The position numbers and the translations under genes are program-made. The notes under the pieces were generated by a model. It was not told the origin of the DNA, ran no database searches, and was given only the letters and a program-made list of their open reading frames with translations. Below, one piece after another: positions 1 to 10,050 of a stretch of 64,000 bases of DNA. This DNA comes from a virus (lineage: Duplodnaviria; Caudoviricetes), in the IMG/VR virus record IMGVR_UViG_2595698595_000001, positions 96,001 to 160,000 of that record. One strand, 5' to 3'. How positions within the stretch are numbered: the stretch's first letter is position 1; each line of letters begins with the position of its first letter.

Positions 1-2
1 TT

Positions 3-641
3 GACTTACTGAAAGCTGTTGATTACAAAGATTTCTTAGATGAATTGTACGTACTTGGTGATATTACTGATTATCATGACGGTGTATTCGAAATCGTAAA
101 ACTATTGAAATCTATAGGATCGATTAACATTCGTGGAAATCATGATGCAGTATTTAGATATTGGATAAAGTCTGGTAATCATTTGTACAATTGGTCACAT
201 GGTGGTCAAGGTACTTTGAATTCGTTTAATAAGTCATTCGATTACGATTTCAATTTTCATGATAACATGCTTCATAGAGTTTATGTTCCGAAACATATCG
301 AACTATTCTATGATAATATGCATGATTACTATCTTACAGAAGATAACATTGTATTATGTCATGCTGGTTGGAATACTGATTATTCGATTCATGGACAAAA
401 TCCTGACGAGTTCTATAACAATCGTTCAATGTATAAATCAGCTCTAAAGAATCAATTAGACTTATCCTTTCATCCCGATTTAAATCGTGTGTTCATAGGA
501 CATACAATTACTAAAGATTATAAACCATTTATCTCTGAAAAATTGATTAATCTTGACACAGGTGCTAAACTAGATGATGGGTATCTGACAATCATGAATA
601 TCGATACTTTAGAATACAAACAATCCAACAAATGGAATTAA
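3..641 (+). CDS. Calcineurin-like metallophosphoesterase (Ser/Thr phosphatase-like), 5'-truncated by window edge
   Basis: LGDITD, RGNHD, CHAG, IGHT, NLDTG motifs; frame is open back to position 3. Confidence 0.85.
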   Translation, partial: DLLKAVDYKDFLDELYVLGDITDYHDGVFEIVKLLKSIGSINIRGNHDAVFRYWIKSGNHLYNWSHGGQGTLNSFNKSFDYDFNFHDNMLHRVYVPKHIELFYDNMHDYYLTEDNIVLCHAGWNTDYSIHGQNPDEFYNNRSMYKSALKNQLDLSFHPDLNRVFIGHTITKDYKPFISEKLINLDTGAKLDDGYLTIMNIDTLEYKQSNKWN

Positions 642-964
642 GAGAAAATACTTTAAACAGACTTAAAGAAATCATAGCTGAAAATCAGTTAGAAAATCAT
701 GAACATGTTTTAGAATTAGCATTTTTCATGAAAGGTGAAAATGTCGTAAGTATCAAACGACAAGATGTAATATCTATATGTTCGATAATTAAACCAGTTG
801 AACATAAGAAATGGGAATTTATGATAAAGTTAGAAGATGGTACAATCATTAGATGTGACTATGCTTGGAACTTTGAAAGATTCATGGTAATTAACGTAAT
901 CGTTCCAAAGGATATGGACATTTACGAATTTCAAAACTTAAATCAATTGAAACGTGTATTTTAG
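632..964 (+). CDS. Hypothetical protein
   Basis: 110 aa ORF overlapping neighbours in operon. Confidence 0.6.
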   Translation: MELRENTLNRLKEIIAENQLENHEHVLELAFFMKGENVVSIKRQDVISICSIIKPVEHKKWEFMIKLEDGTIIRCDYAWNFERFMVINVIVPKDMDIYEFQNLNQLKRVF

Positions 965-1346
965 TGAATCTGTAAAAGCTCTTCGAGAAGCTAAGAAATA
1001 TTGTCAAAATCGAATAGAAGAAATTGACAAAGAAATGAAATCATGTCCTAAAGGTAACGTCATTTACAGAGAACTTGACGAAACTAGCGTTTCTGGAAAT
1101 CATTTGTTAAGTTTCGTTTCTAAAACTTGGAAAGGATCACATTTTTCAGAAACTAAATCAGTTTCAGAATCTTTTGCTTTTACTGACGATGAAGAACTAT
1201 TCGATGTATTATCGATAGTTAACGAAATAGGAAATGAACCTAAGTACTTACCTATAGCTAAGATGGAAGCTTTATCAATGATTAAAGATTTAGTTCAGAA
1301 AGACTTAGATTCATTAGACGATTTACTATTTACAGCTTTAGGATAA
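954..1346 (+). CDS. Hypothetical protein
   Basis: 130 aa ORF in operon; start uncertain. Confidence 0.55.
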   Translation: MYFSESVKALREAKKYCQNRIEEIDKEMKSCPKGNVIYRELDETSVSGNHLLSFVSKTWKGSHFSETKSVSESFAFTDDEELFDVLSIVNEIGNEPKYLPIAKMEALSMIKDLVQKDLDSLDDLLFTALG

Positions 1347-1351
1347 ATGAC

Positions 1352-1657
1352 ATGATAAAACATATAATTAACATAATCTTCGGTTATCCGAAACCTCCTA
1401 ATGTCGATATATCGAAACTGTTCGAACCTCGTAGAAACTTCTTTGAAATACATAAGATAGAACAATCCATAACTTCAGATTTTGAAATCGATAAGTTAAC
1501 AGATTCTAAAGAAGTTCTGATTAAACGTCTTTCAGAAAACATAGCTAGAGAATTGGTTAATCGTAATCTTATCAATTTGAATACTGAAATAGATTCTAAC
1601 GGATCAAAACCTGTCCATAAAATTACTGCACATCTGGAAGTTATTAAATCCTTATAA
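1352..1657 (+). CDS. Hypothetical protein
   Basis: 101 aa ORF. Confidence 0.55.
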   Translation: MIKHIINIIFGYPKPPNVDISKLFEPRRNFFEIHKIEQSITSDFEIDKLTDSKEVLIKRLSENIARELVNRNLINLNTEIDSNGSKPVHKITAHLEVIKSL

Positions 1658-1668
1658 TGACTTGAAAT

Positions 1669-1708
1669 TATACATACCTTAATACTAATAAATCCGTATT
1701 AAGGTATG
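1669..1708 (+). promoter_or_regulatory. Late promoter TATACATA overlapping a 13-bp hairpin that sequesters the ATG at 1706
   Basis: TATACATA 1669-1676; CATACCTTAATAC (1673-1685) pairs perfectly with GTATTAAGGTATG (1696-1708). Confidence 0.7.
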
Positions 1709-2377
1709 CTATCTTTAAACCCAAGAACTGACCTCCCCCAATTTATATTTGATGATAAGTTTTGGATTCCTTCTATTTGTCAGAAATATGACAGGTTTCT
1801 AAAAGCTAAAGAATATCCTATCGATGATATTCGTGAAGTGGTTGCGGAATCATTAAAGTCTTGGGAAATTCCAGGATTATCTCAAAATCTTATAACACAA
1901 CCCCAATTTACTGGTGACGGTGATTTACCAAATGATGTAAATATTCCCGGATACGAAAACAAACGTAATGCTCAAGGTAAAACATTGACATTGACATTTA
2001 GAATGACTGATGGTCTTATAAATTGGTCATGTTTATTTGAACATTTCTGGGCTAAATTGAATGTCGAAAAGAAACTAGTATATTCAGATTTTCCAGTAAT
2101 AACAAGAAACATGTACGGTTCGAAAATGTTCACCATGATATTTAAGGGTGCTATATTCGAATCTATAGACGGATTCGGTGTCGATTATTCTAATTTCGAT
2201 AGATCGTATAAAGAATTTACATGTACCTGGCAATTGGATAAATTCGAAATCGATTTCGTACCACCATTCCAAGACGTTAAAGGTTATGATGATAAGTCTA
2301 ATTCAGTATTCGATATAGACTATGACCATTCAGAACCTTATATTTGTCCAACTCCTAAACCTAGTCTTCCGAAATAA
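1706..2377 (+). CDS. Tail tube-like / baseplate-tube junction protein
   Basis: IPGLS...LTLTFRMTD...W...FKGA...FTCTW pattern typical of the tube fold; late promoter; next to baseplate genes. Confidence 0.5.
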   Translation: MLSLNPRTDLPQFIFDDKFWIPSICQKYDRFLKAKEYPIDDIREVVAESLKSWEIPGLSQNLITQPQFTGDGDLPNDVNIPGYENKRNAQGKTLTLTFRMTDGLINWSCLFEHFWAKLNVEKKLVYSDFPVITRNMYGSKMFTMIFKGAIFESIDGFGVDYSNFDRSYKEFTCTWQLDKFEIDFVPPFQDVKGYDDKSNSVFDIDYDHSEPYICPTPKPSLPK

Positions 2378-2378
2378 T

Positions 2379-2816
2379 ATGGTTATTAAATTTCAATCAA
2401 TAGACGAAAAGACATTAACTAAAGAAAATGATACAGATTTGCTATCTAAGTTATGGTCTTTACGAAATGCTGAAGTATCTGTTCAAGAATTAGTAGTAAT
2501 CGATAAAGTAACTGCTATGAGATTAGATTTGTTCTGTATGGCTTATTACAAGACTTTGGACGATTTCGATTTATTTCTTAAAGTCAATGGAATCGTTAAT
2601 CCATTCGAAGAACCAATAGGTAGAGTTTTGATAATGCCTGAATTGACATCTCTTAAAGCTAGTATTGATAAGATAAATCTTAATTCTATAGCTAACGATA
2701 AGATAAAAACAGTTTCAACTGATGGAATGTCTAAGTTATCGAATCGAAAGACTAGAAGAGATACGACAAGAGCTATAGGATTTAAACGTCTCGAAAATGG
2801 TAACCTTGTTTTCTAA
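2379..2816 (+). CDS. Baseplate wedge protein, gp53-like (LysM-like)
   Basis: RLDLFCMAYY...LKVNGIVNPF...GRVLIMP motif; ATG at 2379 preferred over 2322. Confidence 0.6.
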   Translation: MVIKFQSIDEKTLTKENDTDLLSKLWSLRNAEVSVQELVVIDKVTAMRLDLFCMAYYKTLDDFDLFLKVNGIVNPFEEPIGRVLIMPELTSLKASIDKINLNSIANDKIKTVSTDGMSKLSNRKTRRDTTRAIGFKRLENGNLVF

Positions 2817-4078
2817 TGATAAAAGAAATAATACACCCAACTTTAGAAGCTAAACAAATAATTGTAAGAACTGACAAAGATGAGGATATTGAAGTTCTTG
2901 AGAAAGTAGTTGGTAAAACTTATCCACTGATAAGAGTACTTGACAGAACTATTAATATCGATCAAATTCAGGACTTTAGATACAAAATAGGAGCTTCGTT
3001 ACTTCCAGAAATATCTTTGATTATAACTGACGAAAACAATCGTTTGCGTGAGAAATTGAAAACAAATATCGATACTATAACGGTTTATCTGAGTAATAAT
3101 ATCGATGGTTCGTTTTCAAAACAGGAATACATTCTTTCTACTGTATACAGCGATCCAGGTGATGACAATTTGTCAATGAGGGCTATTCTTTACGTACCAA
3201 ATCTTTTCAAACGTGAAATGAGAGCTTTCCAATCGAATTCTATAGATACGATAAAGGAAATATGTTCTGAAGTAGGATTGGGATTATCAAGTAATTTCAC
3301 TCCATCTGATGAACAGGTAAGATTACAAGATAATATTACTAATATCGATTTTATTCGTAATACTGCGGAATCCTCACAGTGTCTAGCAGTTCATATGTTT
3401 ATAGACCAATGGTCATATTTAAATGTTATCGATATTAAGAAAGCTCACGAAACTAATGACGTAATCGAATATACAGTTAACCCATATTCTGGAATCGATT
3501 TAGAAGAACCACAGAATCTAGTATTATCTAACAATTATCTAAAAACTGATATCGTTGGGAAAATAATGTTTTGGTCAGTAAATGATTCTTACGGAATCAA
3601 ATCTTTATCGTATGTTAGTTTATACGATATCGAAAACTTTGATTTAGTTGAACTTGATAAAACTGATACAGTACAGATAACAGCTGAATCTGAAGAACTT
3701 AGAGCAGAAAAACGTAAGTTACTTGTCAAAAGTGATAACGTTTGGGATGGATATTTTCAATCTAAGTATTATGGTAATTTCGTTAAAGATACTTTGAATC
3801 AATCAGCAGAATTAATCGTTAGAATGCAATATCCGTTACATGCTATTCATCCAGGATTATCATTACCTGTTGAAATCTTTAACACTCAGAAAAGAACGAA
3901 TTCGTATGATCAAGAAGATGAAAACTTATCTATCGAAGAAATGCCTCAAGAAACGGGTGATGAAGCTAGGAAATTAGTTAAGAACGAATTGTATTCAGGT
4001 CAGTATTATGTTCGACAAGTTGAAATGAACTATAACGAAAACATAATTGAACAAACACTTTATCTGAAACAGATTTAA
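2816..4078 (+). CDS. Putative baseplate hub / tail protein
   Basis: 420 aa; C-terminal YSGQYYVRQVE motif; follows gp53-like gene. Confidence 0.45.
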   Translation: MIKEIIHPTLEAKQIIVRTDKDEDIEVLEKVVGKTYPLIRVLDRTINIDQIQDFRYKIGASLLPEISLIITDENNRLREKLKTNIDTITVYLSNNIDGSFSKQEYILSTVYSDPGDDNLSMRAILYVPNLFKREMRAFQSNSIDTIKEICSEVGLGLSSNFTPSDEQVRLQDNITNIDFIRNTAESSQCLAVHMFIDQWSYLNVIDIKKAHETNDVIEYTVNPYSGIDLEEPQNLVLSNNYLKTDIVGKIMFWSVNDSYGIKSLSYVSLYDIENFDLVELDKTDTVQITAESEELRAEKRKLLVKSDNVWDGYFQSKYYGNFVKDTLNQSAELIVRMQYPLHAIHPGLSLPVEIFNTQKRTNSYDQEDENLSIEEMPQETGDEARKLVKNELYSGQYYVRQVEMNYNENIIEQTLYLKQI

Positions 4079-4085
4079 TACATAT
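4078..4085 (+). promoter_or_regulatory. Late promoter ATACATAT
   Basis: Recurrent motif upstream of a leader-bearing gene cluster. Confidence 0.65.
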
Positions 4086-4102
4086 TCTTATAAAACAAAG
4101 CT

Positions 4103-4246
4103 ATGAAACAAGGAGACAAAGTAATTCATAATGTACATGGTGCTGGTATAGTTCAATCAGTAAATGGAAACGAAGTAACAGTAAATTTTCCAACATGTAG
4201 ATTGACTGTAAATATATCAGAACTTCAAAAACCTTTATTCAGTTAA
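4103..4246 (+). CDS. Small SH3/Tudor-like protein (47 aa, not in ORF track)
   Basis: MKQGDKVIHNVHGAGIVQSVNGNEVTVNF...; fills the gap between the promoter and the next gene. Confidence 0.6.
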   Translation: MKQGDKVIHNVHGAGIVQSVNGNEVTVNFPTCRLTVNISELQKPLFS

Positions 4247-4247
4247 T

Positions 4248-4631
4248 ATGAAAACATTAGTTCAACTTTTCGAATCTAAAGATTATTCTAAGAACGATTT
4301 AGCTCTTATCGCTAAAGACACTATCGAAAGAATGTCTACAAAACGTTTAACTGATATCGAAGCTAAAATAAATTCGAATAACTCTTTATCTATTTCAGCT
4401 AAATCGGATGGTAAAGCTTTTAGTTTTAGTCTAAGATTTGTAGTTAAAACTAGAACGGTTAGTGATAAAGTTTCAGACTATGAGATTATCGTTATTACAG
4501 AAGGTTCGAATATCAATAGTACTAATTCGTTAAAACAATATAAGAAGTTACATGAAATGATATTCCTGAAATCTACTTTCAAGAATGAAATCACTTCAAC
4601 TGTTATCAAATCACTTCAAGGGAAATTCTAA
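4248..4631 (+). CDS. Putative internal head protein with targeting leader (MKTLVQLFES)
   Basis: Shared N-terminal motif; late operon. Confidence 0.6.
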   Translation: MKTLVQLFESKDYSKNDLALIAKDTIERMSTKRLTDIEAKINSNNSLSISAKSDGKAFSFSLRFVVKTRTVSDKVSDYEIIVITEGSNINSTNSLKQYKKLHEMIFLKSTFKNEITSTVIKSLQGKF

Positions 4632-5029
4632 TGAAAACACTTTCGAAATTATACGAAGCTTTCGTAGAAAAAGAAATCGATACTAATTCTAATACGATAC
4701 ATAGAATAATAGCTGACGCTTTCAGAAGATGTGTATCAGTTGGTGAAATCAAGAGACTTAGAAATCTTGAAAGTTTAGAAATAGAAACTAACGGTAACGA
4801 ACATAAAGGTTTACTAGAATTCGAAGCTACAGTAAATCATGTAGAAAGAAAATTCAAAGCTCTTTATTCAGTAATCGATTCTAACGAAAGGATAAAAATA
4901 TCTATTATCATAAACCTTATAAACGAAGAAGTTTCTAGCATAAACGAAGAATTAGTAATCGAAGGAATTGACTTACAGAATCAAGTTATTCTGTTAGTTG
5001 AAAAATTATTACGTAATATAGAAATATAA
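4631..5029 (+). CDS. Putative internal head protein with leader (MKTLSKLYEA)
   Basis: Shared N-terminal motif. Confidence 0.6.
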   Translation: MKTLSKLYEAFVEKEIDTNSNTIHRIIADAFRRCVSVGEIKRLRNLESLEIETNGNEHKGLLEFEATVNHVERKFKALYSVIDSNERIKISIIINLINEEVSSINEELVIEGIDLQNQVILLVEKLLRNIEI

Positions 5030-5030
5030 A

Positions 5031-5696
5031 ATGAAAACAATATCAAAACTATACGAATCGAGACTTAACGAAAACTTGAATACAGAGTTATCATACTTTG
5101 CTAACGTAACTAAAGTTTCTAAAACATTTTTAGAAACTTTACCAAAAGTACAAAAAATAATAGATTCACATTATCCATCAAGTAAGTCTAAACTAATACT
5201 CGAACCATCTTTCTATACTGATTCGGTGAAAGTTTCTATAGGTAATGACAAATGGGGTTATGGATATTCATATGCTAGCAGTTATACAAAAACCCCTGAT
5301 CAGAATATGTTAGCTTTATGTTCTGAATTGTTTGATCTTAATGCTTTCGATTCTGTTGCTATAAACAATGGTACATTGAATTTATCGATCAGTTTCAATG
5401 ATTCAGCATCGTTACGAAAGAAAACTTTAGATAGTATTAAGAAATCAAAACTTGACGATTCTAAATTGAATTTTATAACACCTAGAAATCGTGATAATGT
5501 TTATCTTTATATTGACAATGTCTGGGTAAGTGCTCATATAATGGAAGAGGGTGGTTCTAAAATAAAATATGTTTTAGATAAACCTGACCCTGTAACTAAA
5601 GAAAGAGTTTTCTATGCAGACATGAAATCGTTTGTTTTTTCTGACCCATTAAAGGTTAAGAATTATGATAATGATTTAATTTTCTGGAAACCTTAA
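5031..5696 (+). CDS. Putative internal head protein with leader (MKTISKLYESRLNEN)
   Basis: Shared N-terminal motif with two LxE sites. Confidence 0.6.
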   Translation: MKTISKLYESRLNENLNTELSYFANVTKVSKTFLETLPKVQKIIDSHYPSSKSKLILEPSFYTDSVKVSIGNDKWGYGYSYASSYTKTPDQNMLALCSELFDLNAFDSVAINNGTLNLSISFNDSASLRKKTLDSIKKSKLDDSKLNFITPRNRDNVYLYIDNVWVSAHIMEEGGSKIKYVLDKPDPVTKERVFYADMKSFVFSDPLKVKNYDNDLIFWKP

Positions 5697-5706
5697 ACAT
5701 CATCAA

Positions 5707-6192
5707 ATGTCAACTCATATAAAGGACTCTCTTAAACCTAGACTAAATTCTAAGTTTAAGCAAGGGTACTTTGAACAAGCTAGAACAACTGTAAACAAGT
5801 ATATAGGAAAACGTCCAATCATATATCGTAGTTCTTACGAATATGATGCCTTCGTTTGGGCTGATACTTCACCTAATGTCGTACATTGGACAACTGAACC
5901 ATTTCCTATAGAATATACTGACATGACTACAGGTAAGAAACATAAATACTGGATAGACTTGGTTGTAAAATTCAAAGACGGAAGTACAGCTCTTATCGAA
6001 ATCAAACCATTAGCTCAAGTACCTAGATCATTAAACGAGGTAAAACTCGATCCTGTAAAACGTAAGAACTTCCAGAAATGGGAAGCTACTAAAGAATTCT
6101 GTAAACGTAATTATGGTTATAAGTTTATCATACTTACAGAAAAATCTTTATTCGCTTTAACAGGATTGTCAAAATATTCAGCACATAGATAA
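5707..6192 (+). CDS. gp4: Head completion nuclease, T4 gp4-like (TnsA-type PD-(D/E)xK)
   Basis: FKQG...IIYRSSYE...W..E...I.Y...H.YWIDL...LIEIKP...KWEA...F.ILTE. Confidence 0.85.
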   Translation: MSTHIKDSLKPRLNSKFKQGYFEQARTTVNKYIGKRPIIYRSSYEYDAFVWADTSPNVVHWTTEPFPIEYTDMTTGKKHKYWIDLVVKFKDGSTALIEIKPLAQVPRSLNEVKLDPVKRKNFQKWEATKEFCKRNYGYKFIILTEKSLFALTGLSKYSAHR

Positions 6193-6204
6193 AACAATAA
6201 ACAT

Positions 6205-6708
6205 ATGAACAGACCATTCTTTAGACAATTAGTAGATTTTCTTAGAAATCATTGTATAGGAGACGTTTTAACTCGTCAACAATTTCTTAAAGAATTCAAG
6301 AATTCGAAATGTACGGAAGCTACTATCGATACTACTAGAAGACAATTAACAGTTGTAGGAATTCTATACGAAACTGATAAATTAGGAATTTACGAACTTG
6401 CAAAATATCCTGAATATGATTTAACAATAAGTCAATTAACGAAACAAGCTTATTGTGTAAATCATGAAGTTATTCTTTCGGACCGTCCAGAAATAATCCG
6501 CAAACTTAGCGATTACTATCTAGAAATCAATAACGATACTGTACCTTCTAATAACGTATTGGAAACTAACAAACTAATATCAGCTTTAATTGATTCGAAG
6601 GATTCTAACGCTTGGGAAATTCTTTATGATTATGTAAAACGAAATGATCGAAGAGAATGGCATAATTACAACAGACATATCAGTCATATAAAAGAAATGC
6701 TAAAATAA
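6205..6708 (+). CDS. Hypothetical protein, possible N-terminal winged HTH
   Basis: TRQQFL...EATIDTTRRQLTVVGIL...GIYEL pattern. Confidence 0.5.
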   Translation: MNRPFFRQLVDFLRNHCIGDVLTRQQFLKEFKNSKCTEATIDTTRRQLTVVGILYETDKLGIYELAKYPEYDLTISQLTKQAYCVNHEVILSDRPEIIRKLSDYYLEINNDTVPSNNVLETNKLISALIDSKDSNAWEILYDYVKRNDRREWHNYNRHISHIKEMLK

Positions 6709-6712
6709 ATAA

Positions 6713-6758
6713 ACGAAACCCTCGGAAACTGAAACTTTCGAGGGTTTCGTAGTATAAT
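6713..6758 (+). promoter_or_regulatory. Stem-loop early/middle promoter cassette (TGAAAC-N17-TATAAT)
   Basis: 15-bp stem with ACTGAAAC loop; near-identical copies at 50740 and 63943. Confidence 0.8.
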
Positions 6759-6785
6759 ATATTTAATTAAATTAAATGTTTTTAT

Positions 6786-7328
6786 ATGTCAACTATTTAT
6801 CAAACAATACTAACAGTTTCAGAAAAATTCAATAGTAAATCGTTTACTTTGGAAACGATATCAGAATTACTATTAGATCATAATCCTTCAACTATTCAGA
6901 CAATACTATCTCACTTAGTTAGAGTTTCAGCGCTAATGAACGAAGCTAATTCTTATATAGTTGAAAACGAAATCGTATTAAATTCGTATCTTGAAAATAC
7001 TGAAAAACTTGTATACGATTCGACTTACATAACTAACGAAGGTCATAAATTCGTAATGACTGAAGAAATACGTAAAGATTTAAATTGGTTGAAGGAATGT
7101 ATAGAAAACGATTCCTTCTCCGGAATAAAGCAAACTACTTCAGGTGCTGGTAAATCGATCAAATTGATATTTGAATTAGTTAAACAGAAAAACGAAACTA
7201 ACGTATTTCATATCTGGTATAGATATAGGTCAAATAACGGATGTTCTCAACGTAAAACAAACGCTTACAAATATCGTTATAGTTTACATAATGTAATACC
7301 AGAAATCAAGGACATATTTACAAACTAA
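6786..7328 (+). CDS. Hypothetical protein, possible N-terminal winged HTH
   Basis: FTLETISELL...PSTIQTILSHLV pattern. Confidence 0.5.
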   Translation: MSTIYQTILTVSEKFNSKSFTLETISELLLDHNPSTIQTILSHLVRVSALMNEANSYIVENEIVLNSYLENTEKLVYDSTYITNEGHKFVMTEEIRKDLNWLKECIENDSFSGIKQTTSGAGKSIKLIFELVKQKNETNVFHIWYRYRSNNGCSQRKTNAYKYRYSLHNVIPEIKDIFTN

Positions 7329-7342
7329 AAATACTTTCAATT

Positions 7343-7888
7343 ATGAACATTCAAGAACAAAAACCTTTCCAACTTTACATTCATTCTGACAATGTTGCAA
7401 GATTCAAAACACAATACTTCAATTCGTTAGAAGATGCTAAGAATTATATTCTTACAGATTTCGTAGAACTTGTTAGAGAAAGATATCACGAAAACATGTT
7501 CAAGACTATTACGTTTTCGTTATATGATAATCAGATTAAATCTGTTTCTAATCCAAAGCTTTACAGATTCAGATATAACGATAATCTAGAAATAGAACAG
7601 TTCAATGCTAAACAAGGATTTGAACTATCGTTATCAGTTTTACTTGTAGAAGATATTACATCTATCATTACACCATATTTCAATGATGTAAAACCTATCG
7701 AAGAAGCTAAACTTTCGAAACGTGAATTAGAAAGGGGTATGTGTCATTTAAGTACCACTTTCATGCATTTCGGACTAGAGTTAGGAATATCTTTCTGTAC
7801 TACAGCTTTAACCCCTATGAAAGACAACAAATATGCTAGATTCGCTATAGTGTCATTCGACGGTCAAGAAATCTATATAACTTACTAA
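7343..7888 (+). CDS. Hypothetical protein
   Basis: 181 aa; TTTCAATTATG start context. Confidence 0.6.
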   Translation: MNIQEQKPFQLYIHSDNVARFKTQYFNSLEDAKNYILTDFVELVRERYHENMFKTITFSLYDNQIKSVSNPKLYRFRYNDNLEIEQFNAKQGFELSLSVLLVEDITSIITPYFNDVKPIEEAKLSKRELERGMCHLSTTFMHFGLELGISFCTTALTPMKDNKYARFAIVSFDGQEIYITY

Positions 7889-8508
7889 TGAACAAAATAT
7901 TAAGATACTTCGATGTAGTAAAGGGTCGCTCACAAGGTGACCTTAAATCATGGTCAAAGTTACATGAACAAACTAAGAACTATGATAAGTTCAATACTTT
8001 ACTTGAATCAGGTGAAATCGTTAAAATTCCAAATTCTTACAATTACTGTACTAAGAAACGATTAAATGAAGCAATCTTTCAAGTTCTGAGAGAAGAATGG
8101 TTAAAGTACTTTAGAATTTTGATGCGTGACAAATATCACACTCAGCTTGAACGTGGTACATGGTTATTAAATAGTCTTGGTTCTAGTAGAGAAGACAAGA
8201 TATTCGAAATCAAAATGAATCTTAGAAATATCGAAAAGAAGGTTCAGGATTTAGGAAAAACTATTAGTCCTTACTGTTATCAGAAAGTTCTGAAAGAAAT
8301 TCTAACGAAACTATTTGAAAGAAGATCAGTAGTTAAAGATGATATCAGACATTGGAGGGAAAAACATAATTTTCCTTGTCAATCTATGTTCAACGAACTA
8401 GAACTATCTGAGAGATATATAACAGAACTTTGTCAAACGTTAAAAGAATTGTACAAAACGAAAACAAAACATTTCAAGTATTTCAAAGATAAGTATACAT
8501 ATTTCTAA
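7888..8508 (+). CDS. Hypothetical basic helical protein
   Basis: 206 aa, TAATG coupling to upstream gene. Confidence 0.6.
   Translation: MNKILRYFDVVKGRSQGDLKSWSKLHEQTKNYDKFNTLLESGEIVKIPNSYNYCTKKRLNEAIFQVLREEWLKYFRILMRDKYHTQLERGTWLLNSLGSSREDKIFEIKMNLRNIEKKVQDLGKTISPYCYQKVLKEILTKLFERRSVVKDDIRHWREKHNFPCQSMFNELELSERYITELCQTLKELYKTKTKHFKYFKDKYTYF
8494..8501 (+). promoter_or_regulatory. Late promoter TATACATA
   Basis: 16 nt upstream of the gp2-like gene. Confidence 0.6.
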
Positions 8509-8517
8509 GGATAAACT

Positions 8518-9267
8518 ATGGCTTCACTTAGAGACAGAGTTACTAGAGCTTCTAAATCAATGACTAGTACTTTCAAAGATGTAACAAAATCTATTTCAGA
8601 CTTCTTCGGAAAGTTCAAACGAATATTCCAATCATATGACTTATTCAAGGAAATAAAAAATCATCCTTGGAATGGACCACAGGGTCGTATACAAGCCTAT
8701 GACTGGTATCGTAAATATCGTAAAGATAAAAAGAACTGGCTTAAGGGTCAATTAATGAAACAAGGTCAATTATATATGTTCGATTACGTCGATCCTAAAT
8801 ACAAAGACGTTTTACCTTGGTTCGATGAGAATCCGTTGGTTATTTCATTAGGTCCTGTAAAAACCTCACTAGGTTGGAGAACGATCAACATAAACTTACA
8901 TTTATTACCACCGATTACTAGAAAGATAGTAATGTCAAAGATATTCGATTTCAATAAGAATCGTTATAAAGCTTTGATGGGTGTAAATAATCCTAAAGCT
9001 ATTCCTAGCGTTAATTACAAATCGTTAATACAGCCTTTAGAGCAGTATGGAATAGGTTTCGCAATTCGTATGTACATTCCTGAATTACAAAAGAACATTG
9101 TAGAATTTCAGTTAGAAGAATGGAAAAATGCAATATTCTTAGAATCCAGAAAATTGAACGGAATTACAGCTCCTAAACTTCAACAAGAATGGGAAACTTT
9201 CGTTGAAGAACATAACAAAAAGAAATCGACTAAACAGAAACTAAGAAAAAATTGGTTCGGATCATAA
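8518..9267 (+). CDS. gp2: DNA end protector protein, T4 gp2-like
   Basis: GQLYMFDY.DPKYKDVLPWFDENPLVI...INLHLLPP..R. Confidence 0.85.
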   Translation: MASLRDRVTRASKSMTSTFKDVTKSISDFFGKFKRIFQSYDLFKEIKNHPWNGPQGRIQAYDWYRKYRKDKKNWLKGQLMKQGQLYMFDYVDPKYKDVLPWFDENPLVISLGPVKTSLGWRTININLHLLPPITRKIVMSKIFDFNKNRYKALMGVNNPKAIPSVNYKSLIQPLEQYGIGFAIRMYIPELQKNIVEFQLEEWKNAIFLESRKLNGITAPKLQQEWETFVEEHNKKKSTKQKLRKNWFGS

Positions 9268-9276
9268 ATCAAAGAA

Positions 9277-9528
9277 ATGAAAGAAACATTCAACACTAAA
9301 GACGCAACAGGTAAAGAAATTGTAATCGGTGAGAAATATGGATATTCTCAATCAACTAACGGTTATTCAGATGTTAGAATCGGTATAGCTAAATCTTTCA
9401 CACCGAAAGGATTACTGACATTAACGGAAGTAAAAGCTACAAGATCTCTGTACAACGATGAAGCTATTGAAACTGGTCATAAAGGTACTTGTTCAGTTAA
9501 ACCTTCTATGTTATTCAAAATCGTTTAA
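9277..9528 (+). CDS. Hypothetical small beta protein
   Basis: 83 aa ORF. Confidence 0.55.
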   Translation: MKETFNTKDATGKEIVIGEKYGYSQSTNGYSDVRIGIAKSFTPKGLLTLTEVKATRSLYNDEAIETGHKGTCSVKPSMLFKIV

Positions 9529-10025
9529 TGCGAAATCTAATCTATACTGGAATCGGGAGTCGAGAAACTCCCGATTTAGTTTTGTCAATTATGTCTAAGA
9601 TAGCAAAATTCTTAGAAACTAAAGGTTATACTGTTAGAAGTGGTGGTGCTCCTGGAGCTGACTTAGCTTTCGATATCGATATAACTAATAAAGAAATCTA
9701 TTTACCTTGGTATCGTTTTAATGATAACAATTCTAAACTATTCAAGCTTACTAATGAAGCTAGAGAAATAGCTGAGAAGTTTCACCCAGCTTGGAATAAA
9801 CTATCAGAAGCTGCTAGAAAACTAATGACTAGAAATGTTTATCAAGTATTGGGTTTCGATCTTAAATCACCTACTAATTTTATTATATGTTGGACGAAGG
9901 ATGGTAAGGCATCACGAGGTACTGGACAAGCGTTAAGAATCGCAAAATATTATAATATACCAGTTTATAATCTGTTTAATCAGAGTGATCGAAATGATCT
10001 TAAAATGAAACTTAGTATGATGTAA
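9528..10025 (+). CDS. SLOG/DprA-like nucleotide-binding protein
   Basis: YTGIGSRETP...RSGGAPGAD...RN..QVLG...ICWT.DG...GTGQA. Confidence 0.8.
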   Translation: MRNLIYTGIGSRETPDLVLSIMSKIAKFLETKGYTVRSGGAPGADLAFDIDITNKEIYLPWYRFNDNNSKLFKLTNEAREIAEKFHPAWNKLSEAARKLMTRNVYQVLGFDLKSPTNFIICWTKDGKASRGTGQALRIAKYYNIPVYNLFNQSDRNDLKMKLSMM

Positions 10026-10032
10026 TACATAT
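10025..10032 (+). promoter_or_regulatory. Late promoter ATACATAT
   Basis: Heads a cluster of five leader-bearing genes. Confidence 0.7.
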
Positions 10033-10050
10033 TTCTAAATATCTTAAATA

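Noticed and set aside
5707-6192. TnsA transposase / Tn7-like element
   Set aside because: No tnsB or tnsC and no transposon ends; motifs fit the T4 gp4 head completion protein
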